Positions 34,065-47,623 of a DNA stretch of 64,000 nt are shown here, in pieces. The stretch is from Dimorphilus gyrociliatus (taxonomy: Eukaryota; Animalia; Annelida). The notes under the pieces were generated by a model. That model saw only the letters and a list, made by a program, of their open reading frames with translations. It was not told the DNA's origin and did not search any database. The stretch is taken from assembly GCA_904063045.1 (NCBI GenBank), contig CAJFCJ010000019.1:2309700-2373699 (forward strand). Direction: 5' to 3'. A program made the position numbers and the translations under genes. The first letter of the stretch is position 1. Every line of letters begins with the position of its first letter.

Positions 34065-37000
34065 ATGAGGATAACTATTATATTGTTAGGTCTATTTACC
34101 ATTGTCTCCATGAGATCAAGTAGGAGAAAGAATTATAAACCTAAAGCAAAACCTGAAGAAGTGAATTTTAATCCGGATAAGGCATTTACAATTGGTGTTA
34201 TAATTCCCAATTCTGTTTCAACGTCGAGAGTACCGCAAGAAAAAACTGATATTAGATCGGCTATTGAACTTTTTAACAGGAAATATGATAAGTTGCTCAA
34301 ATCGACTACTTTGCAGTTCGTTTTTAAAGACATTCAAGGAAATTTGAATACACCAGAATTGTACAGGACAATGTGCGGGAAAAATGGTTTACTTAAAAAT
34401 AAGATAAATGCGATTTTGTATATAGAAAATTTACTCTCTAAAAAATCGACTGGCCAACAACCATATTCTCAGCAGTTATTGAATATTGCTAATTTTTATC
34501 AAATACCAATTTTAACTTGGGATTTAACCGGAACTCTTCAGGTAAGTTTAAAATTTAAATAGAGGAAGACTTATACATTTCGACAAGAGAGCTTTTACTC
34601 AATCACACTTTTAGGCCAACAAAGACCGTCTAATGCTACAGTTGACGCCGTCCCTCGCTCAGCAGGCACAAGCAATGCTCCATCTCCTCAAACGATATAA
34701 CTGGCGTTCTTTCGCCATCGTTACGGGTCGTCTATACGGTTATGATAGATTTTCTACAGCTTTAATGGATCTAATTCGGGTCGATGACGAATTGTAGGTA
34801 TATTTTGAGAAACCCTTAGGACAAACTATAATAACCAACACCAACGTCTATTTATCGAACTAAAAAAATTGTTATAATCTTTCAGCGAGACCATGGAAAT
34901 GTTAACTAAGATTCATATATTATCATTTAAAAGCCTATTGCACGTTAAAGAGGAGCTGGGGAGGATAGCTACTGTAAAAGCAAGAGTAATGCTCATTTAT
35001 TCATCTAGGTATAATCAAATACCCTAGAACATTTATTTAGTTAAATAGATAAAAAATTACTTAGTCTCCCTTATGCTTCTATTTTTATCTTTAAAGAGAG
35101 GAAGCGACGCAAATATTCGACGTCGCCAGCGAAATGGGAATCACTGGTAAAAATTATGTATGGATAGCAGCCAAATGCGTTATATCCAGAACTAGACAAC
35201 TAAACGAAAATAATCCAGTCATGCTCGAATTTGACCACGTAAAATTCCCACCTGGAATGTTTGGTAAGTTTTTTTTAGATACACAAGCTGCTTATAAAGC
35301 CTAGTCTTGCAACTTTCTTCTTTTCCTCTTTAACCTTTATGATTAAACTTGGCTCAAAAAAGTCCAATTTTTTCCCTTCTGTTATAGCTATTCACTTTGC
35401 CGATAGTAGAGAGCACCAAAAGAAATATATCAGGAAAGGTCTATCACTATGGGTGAAAGCAGTTTTACACTTGCATCGGAATGCTCGTCTAAAAGGATTG
35501 AAGCTTCGCCCTCCATATAACTGTAGCTATAATGAAGGAAACGTATGGAAGTACGGCCATTTCATATTCGATTCTATGCTAGATAACGATATATGGCCAA
35601 ACGACACTAGTCTCATTATGAAACCTTTTTCTATGTCCGACGATGGATCTTTGAGAGAAACCAAGTTGGATATTTTAAATTTAGGACCGAATAATGAGCG
35701 AAATGAAAGGCAATGGACCACTGTTGGCGAGTGGAATTCTACTGAAAATAAATTGAAAATGAAAGATATTACATGGCCCGGTGAGGCTGCGGCGCCACCC
35801 ATTGGCCGACCTGAAAAGTATGAACTGAAAATTGTTACTCTAGATGAGAAGCCGTATGTAGTCTATAGTGATCCAGATCCTAACTTTGGTACCTGCCCAC
35901 CAATGGCGGTTTTATGCAGAATTGCTCCGGAAAATGAAACGAAAGGCGTCGCTAATGCAACAGCAAATCCGAAATTATATCAATGCTGCTCTGGGCTATG
36001 CATTGATCTTCTCAAGATGTTATCGGAAAAAATGCACTTCAATTTCGAACTCTTCCAAGTTTCTGACGCAAAATGGGGAGCATATGACAAAATTAACAAT
36101 GAATGGAACGGCCTAATCAAGGATATATTAGACGGCAAAGCTGATATGGTTGTCACTTCTTTAAAGATCAATCCTGAACGGTCACGTGCAATAGATTTTA
36201 GCGTGCCATTTCTCGAAACTGGAATAACGATAATTGTAGCTGTGCGAGACGGTGTTATATCACCTACGGCCTTTCTCGGTTGGTAACGTTAAGTGATATA
36301 ATTTTTCGCTAATTTTGTTTAAAAACAATATCATAATAATCTCTGTCTTTCTTTATAAATTGGTTCATATATCTTACTCTTCCTTCCTCTTCTCTTGCTA
36401 TATCTGTCCGTCTTTCTTTTTTTTTCTTTCCTGTCTTTTTCTATATAAATATGTCAATATTTATGTATAAACTGTAATATTTGTAATGCTTATGATATAT
36501 ATATTCGATTATTCTAAAGCCGTCATTTGATATTGACAGAACCTTATGATTATCCATCCTGGTGCTTAATCCTAATATTTAGTGTGCACGCTTCCGGGGC
36601 AGCCATATTCATTTTTGAGTGGTTATCACCCAGCGGATTAGACAAGGGTAGAAAACCGATAGGAGGTAAGCCCGATATAGTTATAAAAAAAAGCGCGACC
36701 GATAATTTGCTCGTTTGTATGCATGACGTTGGCGTGTTTTTGTAATGTATAAGCAATGCTTTTTCCAATTTTTCCCTCATAGAACATCGGTTCTCGTTGT
36801 TTCGAGGTTTTTGGCTTATTTGGGCAATGCTTTTTGGAGCTGCTGTACAAATTGACAACCCCAGAGGCGTGTCCAGCCGATTTTTGGGAAATATCTGGGC
36901 TTTATTCGCTGTTGTTTTCACGGCAAGTTATACTGCTAATCTAGCAGCTTTCATGATTACGAAAGAAGATTATGATCGTTTAAGCGGTATTCAAGACTGG

Positions 37001-38228
37001 AGATTAATGAATCCCAAAGCGCATAAGCCCCCTTTTAAATTTGCTACTGTACCTGATGGAAGTACGGAAACAAATTTGAGAAACAATTATCCAGCTATGT
37101 ACGATTATATGAAACAGTTCAACAGATCTAGGGTAGAGGATGGAGTCAAAGCGGTAAAGGATGGCGATATAAATGCTTTCATATATGATGCTACCGTTTT
37201 AGAATATTTGGCTGGGCAAGATGACGGATGCAAACTGCGAACAGTTGGTGCATGGTATGCAATGACTGGTTATGGAATTGGGTTTCCTAAGGGCTCAAAG
37301 TGGAAAGAAATTGTTAACAAGTACCTACTTCAATTTCAGCACGAGGGTCGAGAATTAGAGCGTCTTCAAAAGTTCTGGCTAGCTGGAGCATGCTCCCTCA
37401 ATAAAGATGAGGGAGAAAGTTCAATGCCATTAGGGATCTTAAACTTTACTTCGGCGTTTATTTTGCTTGCTGGAGGAATGTTTCTTGGTGTTTTACTTTT
37501 ATTACTTGAACACGTTTATTTTAAATTTTTTCGAGCAAAACTTCGAAGATGGGATAAGTGTGGTTGCTGTGGTTTAATTAGTTTGTCAATGGGAAAATCC
37601 TTGACTTTCGAAGAATCAGTTAGAGAAGCATTAACTTTTCAAAAATTACACAAGTGCAACAATGCCATGTGCGATGCCACTCGTTCTAAATTACGTCGTG
37701 AGTTGGACCTAGCGATATATCGAATCAATCGAATGGAAGAACAATTACGGTAAGTAGACCCCTTTGACTTCGGTCCCTTACATAGATCATTCGTTACACT
37801 AGAGTGACTAAAATATATCGATTTTTGAGTGTCGAAGATGAAACCCTTAAATCGACATTTTTTTGTTCGTGTTATGATTTAAATAGATAAAATAAGGCAT
37901 ATTCGTGACTAATGCTCTCAACAGTAACGTATATCATCTTTCTGTTACATTACACAGAAACACCTGCTCTCCAGAATCTTATCAAATGCTAAATGGTAAG
38001 AAAGCATTCTACGCGTCAAAGTCTGAACCGTCGACGCCGGAGCCTTGTCGTAAAGTTCACACATCTCCTCCCCTGGTAAGATATCCCTCTCTAGAAGCTG
38101 GTAAATGGTGTGATCCTACAGAAAGTTCTCACGAAAATGAAAATTATAGTAAATCTGCATTAAAAAAACGTCATAGAGGACTTTGCTACATTCCAATAGA
38201 AGATGTCGAAAAAGAGACTGTGCTTTAA
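34065..38228 (+). CDS. GRIN2: Ionotropic glutamate receptor, NMDA type, GluN2/Nmdar2-like subunit
   Basis: Signal peptide at 34065; ATD exons; S1 CCSGLCIDLL..FSVPFLETGITIIV; M2 WLIWAMLFGAAV; M3 SYTANLAAFMI; S2 FATVPDGSTE..AFIYDATVLEY..TGYGIGFPKGS; M4; C-terminal class I PDZ ligand ETVL*. Confidence 0.95.
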
Positions 38229-38894
38229 TATAAATAATAATCTACCTATTGTGATATAAACTCTTTTTTAAAACTGACAGATGTTGATGGCATTAAATCT
38301 ATTGTGTGCTAATTCGTAATATCTAAAGTATAAACTTTTAAAATTTTTTTTAACGTATATAGTTTAAATACATATGCTGCATCCTATGTATAGGCTTTAT
38401 TCATTAAATATGTATATAATTTGAAATAACAATAACAAAAACAAAGAATTTTATAAATATATATACATGCAACTTATTTTATGCAACAAATAGATGTAGA
38501 GATATAACATATATTATATTTAAATGTATATATATATTGTATATGTATATATTCCTCTATATAAATTGATTGAGTAAAAGGAAAAAGTGACAAAAATAAA
38601 GATATATCTTTTTGCATATCAAAAATTCACTAAAAATGTAAATTTGACTAAATTTTCTTAAAATGTTAAAAGAGATCAGACATTTAACGTGAAAGCCTTC
38701 AGTTGGTATTTTTTTATAATCATCTCAAGTATTTACAAAATATAAAGCTGTTATTTTTACCTTTCTTTTGTTTTTATATCCTAACGTTCTTTTATATGTA
38801 CCATTTATAAATTTATATGTTAATTCCCGATGGTTCAAGTCCGTTAATATTACTAAGTAATGTCTCTCACCAGGCTATTTATAAGAAGCCTCTT

Positions 38895-39256
38895 TTAACC
38901 CTTTCCAATGTTTCTATATTGCCATTCGGTACTTTCTAATTCTTTGGCTCGCTGACGGAGTATATGCATACGATTCTCGTGTTCTCTATGTTCTACTTCT
39001 TTTTCTGTTTTTAATTTTAAAAATAATGGTTACTAAATCATTTATGCCTTACTATGAATTGTATACTTACTATCACGACTTTCCTCCGAGTCGGGATAGG
39101 GATTAATAAATCGGGGTGCCGGAGGCACTGTTAAACCTGTAATAAACACATGGAAATTAGCATTGATGGTGTTTATTATGTAAGATCAACCATACCTGAT
39201 AGTCCATTCAACTCCAAATCAGACATTTTAAATAAGATCTTCTTTGGGTCAGACAT
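38895..39256 (-). CDS. ANAPC16: Anaphase-promoting complex subunit 16-like, 78 aa, 3 exons, missed by the ORF track
   Basis: Exons 39256-39196, 39136-39071 and 39004-38895 give MSDPKKILFKMSDLELNGLSGLTVPPAPRFINPYPDSEESRDKKEVEHREHENRMHILRQRAKELESTEWQYRNIGKG*. Resembles APC16 (P.K.LF; H.....RM..L.....ELE..EW.Y..I). Confidence 0.7.
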
Positions 39257-39674
39257 TTTTCGCTACTTATTACCTATTTTCAAATAAATACACAAGATTT
39301 GTCTACAAATTACACAAATCAGAAATGCAGATGTCGCTGTCGTGGCCAGTTACTATATTGAAAAAAACTACTTCCTGTTCCCGCCAATAGTGAGCTTTAA
39401 ATTATCTGCGTAAAATGATACTAAATTTAATCAAAATAATTCCATTTAAACATATTATTAGTTAAATATAAAGCAATAGTAATAGTGGCAAATTTTGGTT
39501 ATAATTAACGGTATTTATAAGAAAACTTCTTGGAATACTTATATCTCCCCAAGTAAATAGTTACAGTATTAAATAGATTAGAGTGAAACCAGATTTGATA
39601 AATTACATTTTAACATTTTTATTTTTTGAACAAAGAAATTTGAATATAAATTTGTTTCTTTTAAAAAAAATTGT

Positions 39675-40606
39675 CTATTTCGTTGTCACTTTATCTTCCG
39701 GAGAAGATTTGGTATTTTTTTCCATCATTGCCTTCATTGACGCTAACAATTTTTCTTGACGTTGTTCTTTCTTTTTTATTTTGCTTATACGTTTTTCTTC
39801 CTCTTCTTTCTCTTCTATCATCTTTATAAATCTAGGATCTCTCGAATCAACCTGTAAAATAATAATATTATCGGTTAAAATAAGAAGGAAAGAGAAAAGC
39901 AAACAAAAAAAAGAGTTTGCAATTAACTCTTATTTCCTTACCTTATAGCCAAAGTAATCGTAAGCTTCCTCAACTAGTTGTTTTTGTTTGTCTCGCCTCA
40001 AATCCTCTTCCTCTTCTACTTTTTCTAATTTCTTTTCGAATTGTGCGATATATTTTGGCATATTCTTTAAGTTTTTGGCTATTTCTTCCTCCCTAAGAAA
40101 ATGAATTATTATATATGAATAAATAAAGCAACTTTACGAATTCAAAATTACTTTTTCAGTTTGGTTGAACGAATCTCATTTTCTTCAGCTAATACAGTAT
40201 TCATTCGCTCAGCTAAAGAGGGCTCCCATATCTGTTCCTCTTCTATTAACTCTTTAAGTTCTTCCTTAGAAGGCCAATGTATGCCTGGATGTATACCGGA
40301 TTTAGATCCGTATTTACCAAACATTCTCATTTTGTGCTGTTTCGTAAAATGTAATTCAAATTCAGGCGAACTAGGCTCCATCACATGAGGTAATCTATCA
40401 CGAAACTTTTTCCTTAAGCCTGAGATGTTCCTCCTGGCAGTTTCTTCATCTACCTCCGGCTTTTCTTCATGAATTGGCCATGCCTGATCCCATAAGACAG
40501 CTTTACGACTTTTCAGCCCTGATCGATGTCGTATAGTTTGTCGAAGAATATATGACAACGAAGTCAGAAGCCGGGATTTATCTAGTGGCACTTGAATTAA
40601 ACGCAT
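39675..40606 (-). CDS. GADD45GIP1: GADD45G-interacting protein 1 / mitochondrial ribosomal protein mL64 (CRIF1), 3 exons
   Basis: RMFGKYGSKSGIHPGIHWPSKEEL..EEQIWEPSL, a middle exon REEEIAKNLKNMPKYIA..YFGY, and a last exon VDSRDPRFIKMIEEKEKEEK. Confidence 0.9.
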
Positions 40607-41753
40607 GTTTTTTATAACACGACTAAGGACATTCGTAAGATCTTCTGCTAATTTCCCGGAAACGGAAATACACGAGCGAAAACTTTAACAGACGAGCAGA
40701 AATTTTTCGTTAACAATTATCTAGAAAAAACTATTTTCTACTTAAAGCCAACAGATAACTCTGTAATTTGAACTTCTGAACAATTCACTATATATAAATT
40801 ATTATTTGCATTTCTACAGTAAGATTATATCTATAGAATTGTGTGTTATATGCCAAGTAACGCTAGAAATAATACATAGTACTTCGAATAAGTCGAACAA
40901 GAGTCTAATCGTCAAAATTCATGATAGATGTACATGCAGATTTTAGAGAATTTAGCAAGTATTAAAACATAGCTAAACTTAATAATAATATTAGAATATA
41001 TAAAGTTTTAAATATATTGCACTAAGTTTATTTGTAAAGCGTTTATAAACGCTTTTTCTTTAGCGACGGACAAGTTTTTATGTGCCGTTTAATGACAATG
41101 TAAGCTTTAGGATTCACATATATAAAAAATTTAATTATTTTATGTTTAAGAAACTGTTTAATATTCTATGCTTTTATGTCGATAAAGCAGCAATTCACTG
41201 TTGTATTGAATCTCGTAATCTAACAATAATCAGTAAATTTTTTATATACAATGCGAAGATTTACAAATCAAAGATTACTACTAGAAAAGCAGCGTTCGTA
41301 GTTACAGGTCCGGTAGGAACTAGGCGATATAGAAAAGAAGATAAATGATGATACAACTGTAATTTATGTTCATCAAGAAGTCACGATTCCTCTCTTTCGT
41401 TGGGTAACTCTCCTTGCATGTTTTACCAAACTTTCAACTTATAGTAATAAAAATATACAAGAAAGAAAGTCAGTAAAAATATTGATATAAGACGAAAGAT
41501 TTATTTTTGTTTTATGATTAGATAGCATTTCTATTTTGGTAATCGTTGAAACAATTTAAAAATATTGATATATTGAACTTTCTAAGCTGTATGTTATCCA
41601 TAATTTGTCTAGGGTATGTATTTATATATATATAAAAAAGCGAAAAAACAACAAAAACATGTAAAGAATTGGCTGTGGGGTCAGGTTTGCAAAAATAAGA
41701 ACACATAAAAAAGGGGGGAAAGAGAGGCAAGGGATAGTCCTGCTAATAAATAA

Positions 41754-43031
41754 CTATATTTCAGATCTTGTAGACATACTTGTGACTTCTTCTTCGTTAG
41801 ATTGAAAATTTTCCAACTTTTCGGCAGCAGTGTCATCCAGGGTTAGCACCAAGTCTACCAGGCCAGCATTATTCACCCACTCCTCTCCGGATTCAATTAC
41901 TAGATTACGAAGAACGTGGCGTAGAACATCATTTTTCCTTGCCTGAACCTCAACCTCATCCTCCGCTCTTTTTACCTCAGCTTGTTGCTCAACATTATGA
42001 GATCGTTCCTGTTGGCTTTTTCGTGCTTCCTCGAGTTGCTTAACCATGTGACGATGAGTAGTACGAATTTCTAATATAAATAAATTAAATTAATTACCCT
42101 ACATCTTAAACCTATCATTTAATTATTGAGACGTACTTTGATTTTTCACTCTAAACTCTCTAATTTCATCACGAATTCTTTGTAAGTTCTTAACGAAAAG
42201 GGGCAATGATTAATGGCATAAACTAAATTGAGGAAACCCTTACTCTCAATTTATCCACTATTTCCAGGGAAACATTAGCAGTTTTATCCATGGCTTTCTT
42301 TAGAGATCTGATTGAAATTATGCAAAAGATCATTTATTTTCAAGTTTTGTTTTCAATAGCTTACAGTTGTAGGTCTTTCTTTTCCTGTTCCTGAGGGTGT
42401 TCGTCAGGAAACAGAATTCCAGTTGATTCGTTTGTATCGGCAGCGTTTTGGACCATACCACTCTTTGCATTTTGTTTTTCTTGAAAAGATTTTAGTTTAT
42501 TCTTCATTTCTTCAATTCTATATTAATGGTAATCAATCTAATGACACTATATTTCAACAAATAATTTTCTTACTCTCTCTTAAGTTCTTCCGGACTCTTT
42601 TCCTCAATATGCTCTAAAAGAGGAACAGATACTTTATCAAGAAAATATTTAATTTATAGTATGTATTATATATATAGTAATATATCAATTAATCAATGAA
42701 ATCTTCTAACAAGTCGACCAAATGCATAGCATTGAATTAATTTTTCATATGAAATATGAAGAACTTCTTTTGCTTTTGATACTCAAAGTGATATTAATTA
42801 TAAAATAAAATTTCATAGCAAAAGTGTCAGTGACTGTGATCAATCGTAATAATTATCGTCAACATATACCTTCATTAGCTTTGCAAAGAGCCTCTAAAAG
42901 TAGTTTTTGAGAGGAAAGATTTTTTAACTGTTGTTCTTTTGTCGCTGAAATGAAGAAGGAAGTTAATAATCGGCAGAGATTGTTTTATATGGGCATATAC
43001 AATTTGCATCTGCTGCTTCAGATGATGCCAT
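41754..43031 (-). CDS. CENPH: Centromere protein H-like coiled-coil kinetochore protein, multi-exon
   Basis: Last exon LRHVLRNLVIESGEEWVNNAGLVDLVLTLD resembles the CENP-H C-terminal motif (FQNLILGS.VNWA.D..L.E.VL.L). Upstream GT-AG coiled-coil exons; start MASSEAADA at 43031. Confidence 0.55.
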
Positions 43032-43328
43032 TTTTTTGGTGGTCACTGATTCTGATATCGCTCAAACGTTATTTTTCTGGTTTTTCCTGAAATTTTAGTC
43101 TTTTTTATTAAACCAGAATTTAATATATTCGATTTTTTATCGTATAAAATAGTTCATCGAAATTTATCTCCTATTTACAGAACAAACGTGGGTAAAAAAA
43201 ATAAGTACACTTGGTTTCAACCAAATTTGGCAGAACTTTTCGACGATAGTGCCCTCTATTAAACTTGATATGAGAGAGAAACTGGTAGAGGTTTTGCGTA
43301 GTGTTTTATTCACACCAAACGCTTCAAA

Positions 43329-44786
43329 ATGGCGATGTCAAAGAGCGCTAATAATTATAACCGGCAAAATTGGGAAGAATCTGTGAGTTTCATTATTTAA
43401 ATAGCTTTAGATTGAATCTTTAATTGTTTGTTCCCGTTGACAGGAATTTCCGATTCTCTGCCAAACATGCTTAGGTGATAATCCATACATTAGAATGGTA
43501 AGTGAAAGACTGTTATAAACTTCTTATTGTTAATTAAACGCCTCACTTTTAGATGAAAGAAAGATATGGCAAGGAATGTAAAATTTGTCAACGACCTTTT
43601 ACTGTATTTCGATGGTGTCCAGGAGCTCGAATGCGCTTTAAGAAAACAGAAATTTGTCAAACTTGCAGTAAAATTAAAAATATATGCCAAACATGCCTTT
43701 TAGATTTGGAGTTTGGCTTACCTGTTCAAGTAAGAGACCAGGCACTTAAGGTGTCAAATGAAATGCCAAAGTCAGATGTGAATCGCGAATTTTATGCCCA
43801 AAACATGGAAAGAGCTATGTCAGAAAGTGGAGATGGAACTGTTCCACCTGGGGAACTTGGAAAAGCTCAAGCACCATCTGATATGCTGTTAAAATTAGCT
43901 CGAACTACTCCGTACTATAAAAGAAACAGACCGCACGTATGCTCATTCTGGGTTAAGGGTGAATGCAAGAGAGGCGAGGAATGTCCTTATAGGTTGGTGT
44001 TCTCAATTGTGTTAAAACGTGAAACCCTTCTAAAAACTTTTTTTTAATAGACACGAGAAACCTACTGATCCAGAAGATCCATTAAGCGATCAGAATATCA
44101 GGGACCGATTTTACGGTGTAAATGACCCTGTTGCAGATAAGCTATTAAAACGCTATGAAGGGATGCCAAAATTGGACCCTCCTGAAGACAAGACGATTAC
44201 AACACTATATATTGGTGGACTACCCGAAGGAACAACTGAAGATAATTTGAGAGATCACTTTTATCAATTTGGAGAGATCCGATCTATTACAATAGTTGCA
44301 AAGCAACAATGTGCTTTTGTACAATTTACTTCACGAATAGCTGCTGAAAAAGCCGCTGAAAAATCATTCAATAAAGTTATCATCCATGGACAACGAGTCA
44401 ACATCAAATGGGGTAGATCTCAGGCTCAGGCTCAGACAGCAATTGAAGATAAGGTTCGTGAAGGACGCAAATTAGACCCTGTTCCTGGTCTTCCTAACGT
44501 ACTACCAATACCAGAGGATTTAACTAGTAATTTCTTTAATCTTGGAAATCAAGCTCCTGGCCCCAGACTACCTCAGCCACCTCAGCCTGGTTTAGCAATG
44601 ACAATGATACCACCGATGAGTGGTCAACAACCATTGTTTTCCAATTTTATGCCCGCACCAAGACCACTAACAGTTCATTATCCATCACAAGATCCGAACA
44701 GAATGGGACAATCGGCAACGGCTGCTCCACCTGTTCCCGGATCTTCAGCTACTATTCCATCCGAACCACCAGCTGCAACTGAATAA
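43329..44786 (+). CDS. RBM22: Pre-mRNA splicing factor RBM22 (Cwc2/Slt11): CCCH zinc finger and RRM
   Basis: [94 protein letters not shown]. Confidence 0.97.
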
Positions 44787-45648
44787 CTTAAATCTTGTTT
44801 ATATACTTCAAGTAATAGTAGTCATATATCTTTGCATTAATGCTCTCAGTTATGAAGTTTACTAAGAAAAGTTAAATATACAAAATATGCATATTGCATA
44901 CGTAAGCCTAGACATTTATGCAATGAACTTGAATTTCTAATTATTTATATAGAAATAGGCGTCAATTTCCCATCAGAAAAGTCTACGAATTGATTAATAA
45001 GTACATATTACGACTGATCATTAAATCTACTCACTTTTCTTGGAAGTTGACTCATATAATCTTTTATATTGGTTTGTGAAAACGTCTACTTTAAATAGAA
45101 GCTACATTCCTTAATAGCATACTAAAAGTTCATTAATAGGCGAATGGAAGATTTGTTAGCGTTTAAGTAATAAGATAAAGCTAGAGAAACATAGAAGTAA
45201 CATTTCCTTAAAGGATGGTTGTATGACCTCAACCTAGTTTTTAGATTGTAAATTCTTGCAAATCACTGTAATTATGACTATCCTAACGACATTGTTAAAT
45301 ATACGACATCTAATATTACACAACCGCTTTTTACTGTCAACAAATCAATAATTTGTTTTACTATATCAAGGGTATTGAGGGAAAAAGTAGCTTAATAATT
45401 GAAAGGGAGAACTCTTTCGACTAACTCGTGTGATTGCAAAATGGATTTATCTTCAATCGTTTAAAGAATCATAAGTTTTATGCTTTATTTACTTTCATGC
45501 GTCTATGCTATCATTGTAGTCTGTAATGCGTATTGATTTACGATGTTTAGTACTAAATCTACATCAACATTGAAAAGAAAGTACATTGAGTATACTCTCC
45601 AGTATTTAAATAGTTAACAAATACTTTCATTTAATTAATTAGAAATCA

Positions 45649-47223
45649 ATGGATTCGTTCAATGGAAATATAGATTTTAACGATTTCATTGTATACGAGG
45701 ACACAATTTGTCTTCTCTGCAATAATTCTTGGATTGAGCGGGATCCTAGGTGCTTCCCATGTGGTCCCATTCTTCATATATTTTGTTTAGAATGCTTAGA
45801 AATACATTTTTCACTTGAGCATGGACGGTATTACAAATGCCCAAATTGTAATAAAAAGTATAATCTATCGGTGAAAGGTATATATTCTCTTGCACAATTA
45901 GGCTTTTTCGATAAGTTTCGTGGCTTGAAAAAGTCTAAAAATACTAATATTGATTCTTTCCTCAACACTGCCGACAAGAATTTAGAAGAAAATATAATGA
46001 CGTGCATAGAATACATGTCAAAAGAAGAAGAAGAAAAGGTAATAAAAGCTGTAGAAAATGCAACAGATGGTGCAATTAAGATGATTAAAGAGAGAAAAAA
46101 TCAATTGAATGACGAAATACATGTTTTTTTTAGGGAAAAGTTAAAAGAGCTCGATAATATTTTAAGTGATTTCCATAATCTGACCCTAGACTTAGAAGTT
46201 GAGATGAGAGAAAATAGGAAACTTTGGAATAATATTAAATTAAGAGAATTATCAAGATACAAAATTCAATTAACAAACGATGGCATATCTTGTTTAAACA
46301 GACAAATAGAGTTCTTACCAGATAATAATAATATAATGAAAATTGGATATAATATCATTAACAATATGTATGAGGAGGAGAATGCTGTTAAGCTAATACC
46401 TGAATGCAATAGTATTACAAATACAACAGTTGATGAATATTTCTTATACGTCATATGCAAAAAGTCGGTGAATAATTCATTTGAATATAAACTGTATAGA
46501 TATGATTCAGAAAATGAAAACTTAGAAAATCTATTCAGATGGTATACATGCGTTAACGAACAATACAAATTAGCCATTTGCAATAATGTCTGTTACTTGC
46601 TGCCTATAAACGATAATGCTATTCAATATTCAAGCTTAAATAATAATGGAAGAGTTGAACGTAGAATTTCCTTTCGAATATTTTGTAAGGCCAAAGAAGA
46701 ATCGAGTTATTATAATATGATTAGTTGGTCGGAAGGTATTGTTGCATGCGAAGAATCTTCGTTAGGAGCATCTATCATCCATAAATTGAAATATCCCTTT
46801 AAAAGGGAATGGAAACTGACATTACCTAAGTATTTTGGTCGTATTTTAGATATAAGAAGAAATGATGATACTTTATTTTTGTACTGCAAAGCTGAATGCT
46901 TCTGTCTAATTAACTTGCAGACGGGATTAATGAAAAACTCTTGGTCTCCTTCCAAAATATTATTAGAAAATTCCCACGAAAACTTAAAATCAACGCAGCT
47001 GGATTTGTTAAAGTTAATATTAAACAAGGGTTCCTATCTCAAGGTTAAAAGACCGTACGGTACTTGCATAGCCTTGGTTACCAATGACAACGCGTTTATG
47101 CAATTTTATAAGAATATTTTTGATATCTTCGATAATAAATTTGAATATCGAAAAGTCGAAGATGGATTTTTAATACATTTTATACTAGATTGCTGGATTA
47201 ACACAGTATATTTAAAGATGTAA
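45649..47223 (+). CDS. Intronless RING-finger / coiled-coil protein with a beta-rich C-terminus (divergent TRIM/NHL-like), 524 aa
   Basis: RING CLLC...CGPILHIFCLEC...CPNC, predicted coiled coil about aa 110-200, then short beta-strand-like hydrophobic segments. No B-box seen. Confidence 0.7.
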   Translation: MDSFNGNIDFNDFIVYEDTICLLCNNSWIERDPRCFPCGPILHIFCLECLEIHFSLEHGRYYKCPNCNKKYNLSVKGIYSLAQLGFFDKFRGLKKSKNTNIDSFLNTADKNLEENIMTCIEYMSKEEEEKVIKAVENATDGAIKMIKERKNQLNDEIHVFFREKLKELDNILSDFHNLTLDLEVEMRENRKLWNNIKLRELSRYKIQLTNDGISCLNRQIEFLPDNNNIMKIGYNIINNMYEEENAVKLIPECNSITNTTVDEYFLYVICKKSVNNSFEYKLYRYDSENENLENLFRWYTCVNEQYKLAICNNVCYLLPINDNAIQYSSLNNNGRVERRISFRIFCKAKEESSYYNMISWSEGIVACEESSLGASIIHKLKYPFKREWKLTLPKYFGRILDIRRNDDTLFLYCKAECFCLINLQTGLMKNSWSPSKILLENSHENLKSTQLDLLKLILNKGSYLKVKRPYGTCIALVTNDNAFMQFYKNIFDIFDNKFEYRKVEDGFLIHFILDCWINTVYLKM

Positions 47224-47623
47224 TTATTTTACTTTGAGAAACAATATATTTTAAAATATTATAATTAAAAGATATCAAATGTTTTAATTTTAAGATAATA
47301 ATTTTCCGGCGTCATTAGGCTTAAAGCTTTCTTATTTCAATCTTCTAAATAATATAGTTCCATACTATTGATAAAGAGAAAAAAGCATCTAACCTCTTTC
47401 AACTCTGATTATTCAACCTTTCAGCTATAACTTGTTTTACTGTTTTCATGTAAGTGCAATTTAAGTACATTGAAAAAAAGACTTAATAACAAGTAAAGGT
47501 AAAGGAAAGGAAAAAGGATTTCTTTTTAATTTCATAAATTATCTATTTATTTGAGAAAAGATGCGTAAAAAATTCAAAATGAAAACATCAATGACAAGAC
47601 GTATCTGTCGACTAGCTTCTAAT

